From Balanoglossus misakiensis (lineage: Eukaryota; Animalia; Hemichordata), in contig CM082596.2 in the NCBI GenBank assembly GCA_040954595.2, forward strand, positions 11,152,454 to 11,216,453: 64,000 nucleotides of DNA. Direction: 5' to 3'. The notes under the pieces are model-generated. The model made no database searches and was not told where the DNA came from. It worked only from the letters and a program-made list of their open reading frames with translations. Shown in pieces: positions 53,602 to 64,000 of this stretch (its first letter is position 1; each line of letters opens with the position of its first letter). Both the position numbers and the translations under genes were made by a program.

Positions 53602-55048
53602 GTTGTTACCCCCAACTTAGACATGTTTACATAACTTTAATAGGCCAGCTGTTACAGAGACCACCGGCTATTAAATTTTAATTACCAGTGGCAGGTCAGT
53701 GTGTGTCTGTCTGTTTGTTCCAGGGCTGACTGAAAGAAGTTGCTTCTCATACGTGTTTGTCCAGACAATTTTTGGTCAATTTTTTTTTCTACCACCAGTT
53801 GTAAGACTGCCATGACACATGACAGTTTTTTGGGCATGTTCTTTGATAATTTTTTTACATTCCATATTTCTATATCGTAAGATCATATCTGCTTGCAATG
53901 TCACCTTTAATTTTTATTCTGGTGTGTCACTGTTTTTGCATAATCCTCAAATGGGACCACAGTGTCCTTGATGCTATTTTTTTTCATTTTGTGGAGGGGT
54001 AAACACAAGTCCTTTCAAAGATAATGCGCTGAATCAATGGCACTGTCTTTGGTGAAATGGAAACAGCCACTCGTTTTGAAAATACTACATGTAATCATAG
54101 ACCCTAGAGAAAATTTTTGCTGGTTTGTCTAGTGTACCAGGGCAGAGTGCTTGCCACCCCAACCCCACTGATGATAATATTTAACAAAGTAATACATAAA
54201 AGAGAATAATCGTTTAAACCATTTCGCATAACTGATAGTTTCATGCTCCATCTTCTATATGCTGGAAGCTTTATAAATGATGTCATGACGAAGATGACGC
54301 CAAATCTTCTTACTTTTAGTGGAATGGCAAAAAGTAAAATTGGTCCTCCCAAATATTGAGATGAATTTGCTTTTGAGTTCATACAAATGCAACTTTGAGC
54401 AACATATTTTACAAAATTTTCTTATGTGGGACCATGTGTACCATGTCAGACTTATTCCCACCCCACCCCTATTCTTACTTTGAGTGAGGTGGCAAAATCA
54501 AAATTTGTCCTGCCTAACATTGAGTTAGTTTGCTTTTGAGTTCATTAAAATGCAACTTTGAGCACCGTATTTTACAAAATTGTCTTATGTGGGAGGGGAA
54601 CACCCCTCCCACGCACACCCCCGCCACTTTTCTTGTTTTACCAATTCTAGCAAGTATTGTATTGACTTGTCATTTTATTTTGTTCATAGATTTCTTTATT
54701 GCAACGATATTATTATAAGAAATTTATAATTGAGGTGTGAGGAGCCTCATTCCCTTTATTGCATACAGTGTACATAGTATCAGGACGGCAAATGTGTTCA
54801 GCATGGGGAGGGGTCATCATATTTTGGTGCTGGGTGCAGGGGGGGGGTCGGCCTGATTTTGAAAACCAATGACTCAAACTTGCCGACCCCCCCCCCAGCC
54901 GTAAAAACTGAACGGTCCCTAAGTATTAGGAAGGTTCCAATGCATGCCACAGGGCATGAATGTACAAGACTAGGTGTACTGTTTTGTATTTTGTTAATCT
55001 TAAAAATTGTGCTCCATAAATTTTAATGTGTAATTGTTTTCATACTAG

Positions 55049-56680
55049 GATGAAAAGGAAACTGAGAACTAAATATGGCATTAGTGACACTTATAATCCA
55101 CTAATGGAACTGGAATCATTTGATAATGGCAGGTAGGTTACATTATACACATGACTGGTGGTAAGGTAAGCATTTATTTGCATCAATGGATGACCACTTA
55201 TAACATACCAATGTTCACATCCTCTTGAAAATTCAAGGCCATTGTAAGTGTAAACTTACAAGATGAAATATTAATTACCTTTATGTGTTTTCAACTCTAC
55301 TTTTAGATCTCTTTTGAGAAACTACATAAAATTGAATTGGGAATAGTAAAAATATTTACCCAATTAACATTTGAAGTGATTGGAGCTAATGATAAACTGG
55401 AAATAGAGCACAAATTAAAGGTAAGAAATTTAGTATAATTTAGTATTTAATTTTCTTTAAATGATGAATCAGAAGTTTTTTTCATACTATGTTACAATAC
55501 TGGAACAAAGTCCATTGTGTTTGCTAGTGCATCATGTAAATGTGCTGACAATTTAATTGCCCGTGTATAAATCAATATTGTAATTGACATTATGGTTTAA
55601 TTGGCAATATGTATTTACAGACCAGTTTCATTATTATGTTAGGTATTTGATTGGACAGCTTTCAAACGAACTCTATCCCCATCATTTGTATACAAACACA
55701 AGTCGTTTATCGGAAGGGACTTCAAGTTGTGGGCCCAGGTGGCACCATTCATACTGGCTTCTAACGTACCACCTGAGTATCTACGATTGTGGCACCTCAT
55801 CAGTGAGGTAGGTTATAACATTAACTTTATCATTTCTTCACTTCACTGATCAGGTTATGAACAAATCCTTGCATTTCTCTGAGATTACATTTAAGTTTGA
55901 TATTTAGCTCCCATTTTTTGAAAATGAAAAGTGTCTCACTAATTGTATATAAAGTTACTTGGGTATCTGGTTATGGCTGTAGAGCTGTGAAAATCTGAAG
56001 CAAAACTATTATATACTTGTGTGTGTGTATTTCTCATGGTGAAATCGGAAATGTTTTATGAAGAATTTCCTTTTGTTAAAGTATCAAAATAATTATATTT
56101 TTATGACGCCTCTCTTCTTTCACTTGACATAGGTTTTTGTACTTGTGCATAGAGGTAGACTAACAACATGTCAGAGAAATGCAAGGATTCGTTGATAACC
56201 TGATCAGTGAAGTGAAGAAAGTGTTTCCTTCAACTTTGAAGAAACCTAAGATACACATGCTGCTTCACTTGATAGTTGACATCACAGATTATGGTCCCTG
56301 TGACTGCACTGATACTGAAAGGTATACAGCATTTATGAAATATTTACCTTAATTTAACTTGTGGTCTTTGGTTATTTTGGGTTCCATTTGTTCCACTGTC
56401 TGACTAGTTTCATAATGAATTAGTTGTGAGATACCTAGCAGATGCTTCATGTATCAATCGACAAGTTGATGAAAGGTAAACAATACAAAAATAATATAGG
56501 AAGATTTTTTTAAATTTTCCCCTTCTCAGATGTGAATCATTAATGGACTTGGTCAGGGTCAGGTATTTATTTACCAATCACCACAATCCATCTAGAGATC
56601 TGGCCGTAAGTTTTGGTAGACTTCAACAGATTCATCACATACTTCAAGGTGGATTTTGAAAAGACTGATGGAGATTACAG
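55049..56680 (+). pseudogene. Spliced degenerate EnSpm/CMC-like transposase, second copy retaining the catalytic-region exon
   Basis: Predicted exons 55049-55132, 55307-55420, 55643-55807, 56133-56321 and 56530-56680. Spliced reading includes KKPKIHMLLHLIVDITDYGPCDCTDTER|CESLM, matching the K.H...H...GP...E pattern of CMC/EnSpm transposases. Confidence 0.7.
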
Positions 56681-56983
56681 GTAAGGACTTACCTATTTAC
56701 AGTTATTAAAAGTAAGCATGGCAATTAGTCACAAATATTTATTGATGGGAAGACTGTGTTTGGCAAACTGGCTGACTAATCTATTTATTGCAAGGAATGG
56801 TCAGTATGCACAGGAAAATGCATTTTATATCATTTTGATGAGAACAATGGGGACACCGCACAGTGCAGACGTGTAAAACTGAGCTCCGTAAACTTCACCT
56901 GAAAACGACTTCAACAAGTTCCTTTGGTGGTCTCCTGAGCTGTCCAGGGGCAACAATCACCAGTGAGAAGTTCGTGTAGCGAA

Positions 56984-57967
56984 ATGGGAATATCCACAGA
57001 ACAGTATCGAGTGAAAATTGGTAATTTTGCCGGCGGCGACCCGACACGTCAGCGTAAGCTATCGAAGATGGCCGACCTACACATACCTCTGATGAACTGC
57101 AAGATGTCCCTGACCATTAAGCTTTGCCTTTTCAGTCTACTTGTAACATGCGGGAGTGTAGAGAGAAACCCGGGTCCTAACCTCCGTTCCAGTAACCAGA
57201 GCACAGGTTCGGGAGAAGATTCTGCTACCAAAAAAGATATCGAAGGTATCGTACACAAACTTGATAGACTTTTACGGGATTCGAAGACAATGAACGCTAA
57301 ACTTGACAGATTACAATCACGAATGGACAATATAGAGGACGAAATGAGTGAATTAAGAGAGTTGTTGGACGACAACAGAGCAAGAATGTTAGATCTGGAA
57401 TCAAAACAGAAACCATTCGATGAATTTCAAGAAGCAATTGCCCGCCTACAACGTGACAACGAACAGATCAAACGTTACAAGGATGATCTTGAGAACAGAA
57501 GCCGAAGGAACAATTTATTGTTCTACGGTTTGGAACAAGAAAAGGAAAATGAAACCTGGGAAGAAGCTGAGAAGAAAGTCAAAGATGTGTTGAAAAACGA
57601 GCTGGAAATTTCGGAAGACATTGTGTTTGACAGGTGTTGTCGTTTGAACAATGCACCGCCAATACGCGGAGCTAGGCCGGTCATAGCTACGCTTTCAAAG
57701 TTCAAAGACAAATTTCTCATTCTTTCCCAAACAAGGAAACTTGCCAACTCCGGTATCAGTATCGGAGAGGATTTCACGAAGAGGGTACGTGCCATTTGCG
57801 CCAAATTGCTTGCTCACCGCAGAATCTTGCTGGACGAACACGTTGGTTCAAAAGCTCTCGTCCGTTTTGACAAACTGATTCATACCGAAGCCAACGGCCA
57901 GAAGACCACCTATAAAGTCGACGAATCAACGGGGCAAGTCGTGAAGGCGCACATCGCTCCACCATAG
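56984..57967 (+). CDS. LINE ORF1p: N-terminal leader with 2A-like motif, coiled coil, L1-type RRM/CTD
   Basis: Open 327-codon frame from ATG 56984 (MGISTEQYRVKIGNF). FSLLVTCGSVERNPGP; heptad-rich region; DDLENRSRRNNLLFYGL; RPVIA; ISIGEDFTKRVR. Confidence 0.85.
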   Translation: MGISTEQYRVKIGNFAGGDPTRQRKLSKMADLHIPLMNCKMSLTIKLCLFSLLVTCGSVERNPGPNLRSSNQSTGSGEDSATKKDIEGIVHKLDRLLRDSKTMNAKLDRLQSRMDNIEDEMSELRELLDDNRARMLDLESKQKPFDEFQEAIARLQRDNEQIKRYKDDLENRSRRNNLLFYGLEQEKENETWEEAEKKVKDVLKNELEISEDIVFDRCCRLNNAPPIRGARPVIATLSKFKDKFLILSQTRKLANSGISIGEDFTKRVRAICAKLLAHRRILLDEHVGSKALVRFDKLIHTEANGQKTTYKVDESTGQVVKAHIAPP

Positions 57968-58470
57968 GGACGTGGCCAGGGTCCAAAGAAAAATGACATT
58001 TCCTTTTTGTTCTGGAACATCAGAGGCTTAAAGGCTAAATCCTCAGATTCAGATTTCCTTTCATTTTGTAAGAATTTTGACATAATTGGTCTCGTAGAAA
58101 CTTTTTGTTGCAAGGCAGACAGTGTTGATTTCTTAGCCGACTATGTCGCTTTTAAATTCCCAGCTTGTAGACGCAGCCAGAGAGGACGTCCGAGTGGGGG
58201 AACTGCTGTTTACGTTCACCGAAATTTTGCAAACAAAGTAAAGGAAATTCATAGCTCTGTTGAAAATAGCATTTTTCTTCATCTCGATAAAACTATCTTT
58301 CCTTTTAACGAAGATGTTCTTTATGGCTGCTGCTACTTTAAGCCTGATGACAAGTCCGATAAATTCGAAGCGCTGGAATCGCTTATAACTGATTTTCGCT
58401 CTCTTTATTCAGACTCACTGGCTTTACTTGGTGGCGATTTTAACGCCAGAATTGGGTTACTTTCTGTTAT
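57968..58470 (+). pseudogene. LINE ORF2 N-terminal APE endonuclease (interrupted)
   Basis: FWNIRGL, DIIGLVETF, RGRPSGGTAVY, GGDFNARIG; in frame with ORF1 after TAG 57965-57967. Confidence 0.9.
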
Positions 58471-58787
58471 AACACAACGACATAGAAATCCCAATTTTCG
58501 AAAACGAAGATAAAGTCGGATTTTTGTATGGAAATACTCATTATCAATGTCAGCCCAAACAAAAATTACGAAATTCCTTTGAAAAAAACTCATGGTTGTC
58601 AAAGGGAAATTTTGAAATTGATTTTTCAATGGAAAAGTGCATAAATATTACATTAAAGACCCTCATTATTATTTTATTGAATAAAAAACTAACTTTGAGC
58701 GATGCTAAATTTGATTTGACTTTTTTCAACAGAAAAACGAGCGCAGTTTAATTGTCAATGGGAAAGGAATCTTGTATAGCTTGAAAT

Positions 58788-59298
58788 CTTGCCAATTGGC
58801 AGGAAAACCGCAACGACTTAGAAATCCCTGCCAATTGGCAGGATTTTCAGGTTGTACAAGACTCCTGCCAATTGGCAGGATTTTCAGGCTGTACTAGACT
58901 CCTGCCAATCGGCAAGATTTCCAAGTTGTACAAGACTCCTGCCAATCGGCAAGATTTCCAGGTTGTACAAGACTCCTGCCAATTGGCAGGATTTTCAGGC
59001 TGTACAAGACTCCTGCCAATCGGCAAGATTTCCAGGTTGTACAAGACTCCTGCCAATTGGCAGGATTTTCAGGCTGTACTAGACTCCTGCCAATCGGCAA
59101 GATTTCCAAGTTGTACAAGACTCCTGCCAATCGGCAAGATTTCCAGGTTGTACAAGACTCCTGCCAATTGGCAGGATTTTCAGGCTGTACAAGACTCCTG
59201 CCAATCGGCAAGATTTCCAGGCTGTATAAGACTCCCTGCCAATTGGCAGGATTTTCAGGCTGTACAAGACTACTGCCAATCGGCAAGATTTCCAGGCT
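58788..59298. repeat. 37-bp tandem repeat with palindrome CTGCCAATTGGCAG (~14 units, 185-bp higher-order repeat)
   Basis: Unit ctcctgccaattggcaggattttcaggttgtacaaga; anchors at 58865 and 58902. ORFs 58872 and 59057 start identically 185 bp apart. Confidence 0.95.
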
Positions 59299-60580
59299 GA
59301 CGTACCAGTTCCTGCTCATCGTCGCTATCAAATTGCACAAGTGAGCACGTATTTTCGAGCGCACAATCGCTGAGCACGACATATTCGTCACTTGAATCAA
59401 ATTGCGTACTGGTTGATGAAAAAAATACTGCCATTAATCGACATGCTGACGGGCGCAGAAGACGGCCCCGATACACGGCCGAACAACCTGGCAGTAGCCC
59501 TGACCTCGAACGCTGCCGGCCAGCTTAAGTTTTAGTTAGTTTTGGCACAGTCACTAGGTAGATTCCATTCAATTGAAGGGTTTCCTGATTTAAAGCACCG
59601 GTCAAGTAGGCGAAGTAATTGGACTTTTACTAGCTAGAAATACTAGAAAGTAGTCATACTGAAAAATTATAACCCATGTAAGATTTCAGTAACATATATC
59701 CGTCAGTTCGTATTTTTTACTGAAAACATACTCAATCATTGAAGCGCCTTTCCCAAAGTTGGCCCAACCTAAACATAATGGTTTATCTATTCTCTAATAC
59801 TAATTTGAATAGTAAAGGTTAAGGGTTATAAGATATATCCAGGCACAAAGGTGGCGACCCACGCGGCTAAGGTGTGAATCGCCAAACATATCTATGGAAC
59901 AATAAAAATCTCCGGATTGTCGGAAATTTCTATTGTTTCTGTGGACAGCGACGGTTTTCGCCAAGTTCTCAACGATGCGATTCAAACCCGGGTGTGAGCA
60001 GAGTGCCCAGCGCAAACTGTCGACGTCCAACGTTATAGCGTTGCTATCTTGTGGAAGAAGACCGGTGCACTTTAAGTAAATAAACAAGAATCGAAGAAAA
60101 CTTCCAGGCTGATCAACAAGCGCAAGGGTGAACCGTTCTGGCCATTGAATACGTGTCAAGCTTACAAGGACACCCATAAGGTAAGAATAATTGTCGTCCA
60201 CTAGGTCTCTCTGTTTCCGTGATGTATGGTGACTGTGTCGCCGTCCCGTGAAGTTTTGTAGCCAGCAACATTCCTCAACGATGGGCATGTGTGTCAGGAA
60301 AGACCACCCTTTCCGACCACACACCTGTGTTGTGATCGCGTTCTTTATTGTAAGTTATGTAACATGTATTTGATGTTTGTTCAACAACCTTTAAAGTCGC
60401 GCTTTTATTATATTTTACATATGGAATGCTTTATTTTTTCTTTTCAGGGAACAACGACATCAATGGAGATGCTCTATGATTGGCCAAGCCACTCTTATAA
60501 CCATTTTGGACCCAGAAAAGTTTTCATTGTAAAATTTCCAGGAGTTTTTATATTTTAAGCGAGTGGATGTGTAATGTGTG

Positions 60581-60811
60581 TCTCTGCCAATTGGCAGAGT
60601 CAGCCATCTTGTCTCTGGCCTCTGCCAATTGGCAGAGTCAGCCATCTTGTCTCTGGCCTCTGCCAATTGGCAGAGTCAGCCATCTTGTCTCTGGCCTCTG
60701 CCAATTGGCAGAGTCAGCCATCTTGTCTCTGGCCTCTGCCAATTGGCAGAGTTGACTATCTTGTATCTTGCTTGGAAGGCTAAAAGGCAGACTTTCTGCC
60801 GATTGGCAGAG
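60581..60811. repeat. 38-bp tandem repeat with the same palindrome (5 units plus a degenerate one)
   Basis: ctgccaattggcag at 60584, 60622, 60660, 60698 and 60736. Confidence 0.95.
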
Positions 60812-61382
60812 ATACAGTAAAAGAAAACATGTTTTTTTTTCAATAGAAAAATTAAGTACACTTTTGAATGCCTAGAAATTCTGATTTTTCTTTGTCAATT
60901 TTTGATGTAATTTTTTTAAGTGCAATAAAACTCTGATTTTATATAGAAATATTCTGTCCAAAAAGCCTTTCTTTGCGTGTTAGTATATTTCCAAGAAAAA
61001 ACTTGCCTCATCAACATTTGTTGCTACAAGTTCTGAACAAATGCTAAAAAAATAAGTATTTGTCCAAGGACAAAAGCAAGTATAAGTTGTGCGTATTTTT
61101 TTCTGAGGAAAATTAAAAGTCTGACAAGGCAATTCCGGGAAATTATTCCAAATATATGTTTTTCCTGGATATTAACCAAAGACACAAACTCCAGTGTTTT
61201 CCTGATTCTAGAATAAAATTAAGAAAAAAAGTCAGTTCAAAGTTATATTTGTTAGCTTTTTAATTTTTGGTTGATAATATACAAGAATCAATGTAATTTA
61301 TTAAGGATTTTTAACTATTTTGTCAAAAAAATCTCAAAAAACCTTGTTTTTCGGAAATTGGGATTTCTATGTCGTTGTGTTT

Positions 61383-63702
61383 TATATTGTGGACGACTCA
61401 ATTGACCATGTACCGACCAATGGTTTAGACTATGTACCTGACACTTTCCAGGTGGAACGAAATTCAAAGGACGAAACGGTTAATGAGGCAGGCAGAGTTA
61501 TGTTAAATTTATGCAAATGTTTGGATATACACGTTTTGAATGGTCGCTTACATAATGATAAAGCTGGGAATGTTACTTGTGTGACTTCAATGGGTTGTAG
61601 CGTTGTCGATTATATAATTTCGTCATCTGAAATGTTTAGTTACGTCACATATTTCAATGTACTTCCACGTGCAGAATCTGACCACTTTCCACTCATTTGC
61701 AAACTGGAGGCAGCCAACACTCATTTGCATAAGAAAGAAAAACACCCGCCCATTCCAACCACTGAATCTGTCCGCTTCCATTGGACAGAGAATTGTAAGA
61801 GTTCGTTCCGGCCAAACTTAATGTCCGCAAGTGTTCAGTCACTGCTGCAAAAAGCGAGAAATTCTCTCCCCAATTCTCATGTCACTATCGGTAAACTGAA
61901 CGAAGCGCTAATGTCTGCTGGCTCCGAAGGTTATTGCAAAAGCAAATCATCCAAACACAATGGCAATCAACCACAATGGTTTGATGGGACTTGTACCGAG
62001 TCTAAACGCGTCATGTACGCGAAATTAAAAGTTTTCAGAGAGGATGGCTCAAATGTAGAATTAAGTGAGTATATGGCAGCTAAAGCTAGGTTTAGACAAA
62101 TTTGCAGAAAAAGTAAAAGGGAATATCAGGCTCGTATCAGGTGCCAATTGAATGAAGCTTCATCTAAGGGACCGAATGACTTTTGGTCAATTTTGAAATC
62201 AGTGTTAAACCAGAGGCACAGTCGTGATGAAAGCATCAATATTGAGACGTGGTACAACCACTTTAGTTCTTTACTTAATAGTATAGATAACACAGATACT
62301 GACCATATTTTGCCTACCTCGATTGAAGAGGAGTTTGACAGTATTGATGATTCAGTCAGTTCCGATGCAGGACACTTGGATTCACTTAACTCCAAGATCA
62401 CGGAGGAAGAGATCCTGAGATGTCTAAAAGGTCTCAAAGACGGCAAGGCGCCTGGACCAGACGGGATCCCCAACGAGTTTTACAAATTTTCTGCAGATGT
62501 AACTTTGCCTCTTTTAACTGAATTGTTTAATTTCATTTTCGACTCCGGTACCTTTCCATATGAATGGTCTATTGCAATAATCATTCCACTTTTTAAAAAA
62601 GGCCGCAAAAACGATGTTAATAATTATAGGGGAATCTCTCTTTTGAACACACTGGGTAAAGTTTTCACTTCTGTTTTAAATCAGAGAATTACAAGGTGGG
62701 TAGAAGATACAAATCTTCTCTCAGATTGCCAGGCCGGTTTTCGAAAAAATCACTGTACAGTCGACAATCTATTTGTTCTTCATGCAATCATTCAGAAATA
62801 TCTCGGCATCAGACGAGGAAAGCTTTATTGTATGTTCGTGGACTTTTCAAAAGCGTTCGACACTATCAATCATTCTTTGTTGCTGTACAGATTGAAATCA
62901 CTTGGTGTTAATGACAAAATGTACACATTATTACAGTCCATGTATAGTGGTGTTAAAGCATGTGTAAGAACAAACAATGTAACTTCAGCTTATTTTGATT
63001 GACCAAAGGGAGTAAGGCAAGGATGTATCCTCAGTCCAATCTTATTTGGACTTTTCATCGAAGAACTCAATTCCATGTTGATGTCTGCCGGGCGTACAGG
63101 AATTCAACTGACACAAGATATTTATGATCTGTTTGCGCTTTTATATGCAGATGATGTAGTAATTTTTGCAGATTTGATTGCCAACCTGCAACACCTTATC
63201 AATATTCTGCAGGAGTTCTGTAAACATTGGCAGATGAAAGTGAATTTAGACAAAACAAAAATTGTTATCTTTCGTAAGGGTGGTAGAAAGTCATCTAGAG
63301 AGGCATGGTACTTTGATAATACTGTAATCGAAGTAGTTTCTTATTACAAATATCTTGGGCTGTTACTATCATCTACGAATGTATGGTCGAAAGCTGTCTC
63401 GACTCTTGCTTGCCAAGCAAACAAAGCAATGAACGTGCTGTTAACTGCTACTAGAAAAATTGATAGCTTTACGCTTAAGGTTCATTTCAAGGTTTTTGAT
63501 GCGATGATTGTACCGATCTTGACTTACGGTGCCGAAATATGGGGTTTCCAATACTATGACTGTATTTAAAAGATTCAGAGAAAATGGTGCAGACGACTAC
63601 TGACAGTCTCAAATAATGCCCCTAATGAGGCAGTAGTGGGAGAATGTGGTCGTCTACCTTTATTTTCAAAGACCCTACGGAAATGTATTGGCTACTGGTT
63701 AA
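61383..63702 (+). pseudogene. LINE ORF2 continuation: APE C-terminus and reverse transcriptase
   Basis: SVVDY, SDHFPL, GKAPGPDGIP, NYRGISLL, QAGFR, DFSKAFD, GVRQGCILSP, LYADD; premature stops at 63002 and 63569. Confidence 0.92.
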
Positions 63703-64000
63703 AGTGAACCGACACCTTCCTTGTAGAGAGATTCTAATAAAATCTTTGTGAAAAACATGAGTGATTTGCGTCGTTTTTATTCACTTTCACTTATCGCGCA
63801 GCAGCGTAGCGTCGATCTCGATATGCAGTGTGACGTCACCAACTACGCACCAGTAGCAGACGCCACCGTGCGCACGTACCCTAACGTACACAGACAGTTG
63901 ACATGGCTGGCTGCCTCGCAAGTGGGAGCAAAAACAGAGTTGGCGAAAACACGGCGAAAGGTTTTATAAGAGTTCCCGACCCTTCGGTGGACAGTCAAAA
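63703..64000. mobile_element. Probable left end of a TTAA-targeting (Kolobok-like) DNA transposon running off the window
   Basis: LINE coding sense (RKCIGYWLK) stops at TTAA 63699-63702, followed by AGTGAACCGACAC and unrelated CpG-rich sequence. The other end is not visible. Confidence 0.45.

Larger units (their letters stand above)
46841..56839. repeat. ~5-kb tandem unit, copy B (contains BEL/Pao element; cut at right by LINE)
   Basis: Colinear with copy A; homology ends at ...atcattttgat (56839), where the LINE begins. Confidence 0.9.
58471..61381. mobile_element. Non-autonomous foldback-type TIR DNA transposon (element B), related in design to element A
   Basis: 34-bp TIRs aacacaacgacatagaaatcccaattttcgaaaa (58471-58504) and 61348-61381, one mismatch. 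4-bp TSD TTAT (58467-58470, 61382-61385). Splits the APE domain between GDFNARIGLLS and YIVDD. Confidence 0.9.
56840..63702 (+). mobile_element. Near full-length two-ORF APE-type LINE (RTE-X-like), interrupted by element B and by a TTAA insertion
   Basis: 5' UTR begins where homology to copy A stops. Contains ORF1 plus APE and RT domains; C-terminal motifs FDAMIVPILTYGAEIWG and NEAVVGECGRLP. Confidence 0.88.

Noticed and set aside
58788-59298. CRISPR-like appearance of the palindromic 37-bp, 38-bp and 69-bp arrays
   Set aside because: The intervening sequences are repeated rather than unique spacers, there are no cas genes, and the context is eukaryotic.
59800-60324. 174-aa minus-strand ORF in element B
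   Set aside because: No recognisable motif and a non-ATG start. The opposite strand shows the splice signals, so it is probably a shadow ORF.
58463-61390. LINE ORF2 restored intact by removing element B
   Set aside because: Removing the element plus one TTAT leaves the APE frame one base short, and stops at 63002 and 63569 remain. The LINE is inactive regardless. The frame offset is also a small caveat on the exact TSD parse.

Overview
Repeat-only (heterochromatin-like) window from an AT-rich animal genome, probably a marine invertebrate judging by the TTAGGG repeats and transposon types. No intact host gene was found. Positions 1-37661 are a satellite array of 206-bp and 186-bp monomers. 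It is interrupted by two copies of a 3.35-kb foldback-type TIR element (copied by a 16,142-bp tandem duplication), a PIF/Harbinger MITE carrying a nested AcademH-like MITE and an interstitial (TTAGGG)n tract, and a TTAA-flanked MITE. Positions 37662-56839 are two tandem copies of a ~5-kb unit hiding a spliced, degenerate EnSpm/CACTA(CMC)-like transposase that the ORF track misses. Each copy carries different retroelements: an L2 LINE, a second APE-RT LINE and a BEL/Pao LTR element. From 56840 there is a near full-length RTE-X-like LINE whose ORF1 carries a virus-like 2A motif and is separated from ORF2 only by an in-frame amber codon. A second foldback-type element splits this LINE. It shares TIR design and target-site pattern with the first but has different palindrome arrays and cargo. 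All family assignments come from reading motifs by eye; no database search was run.
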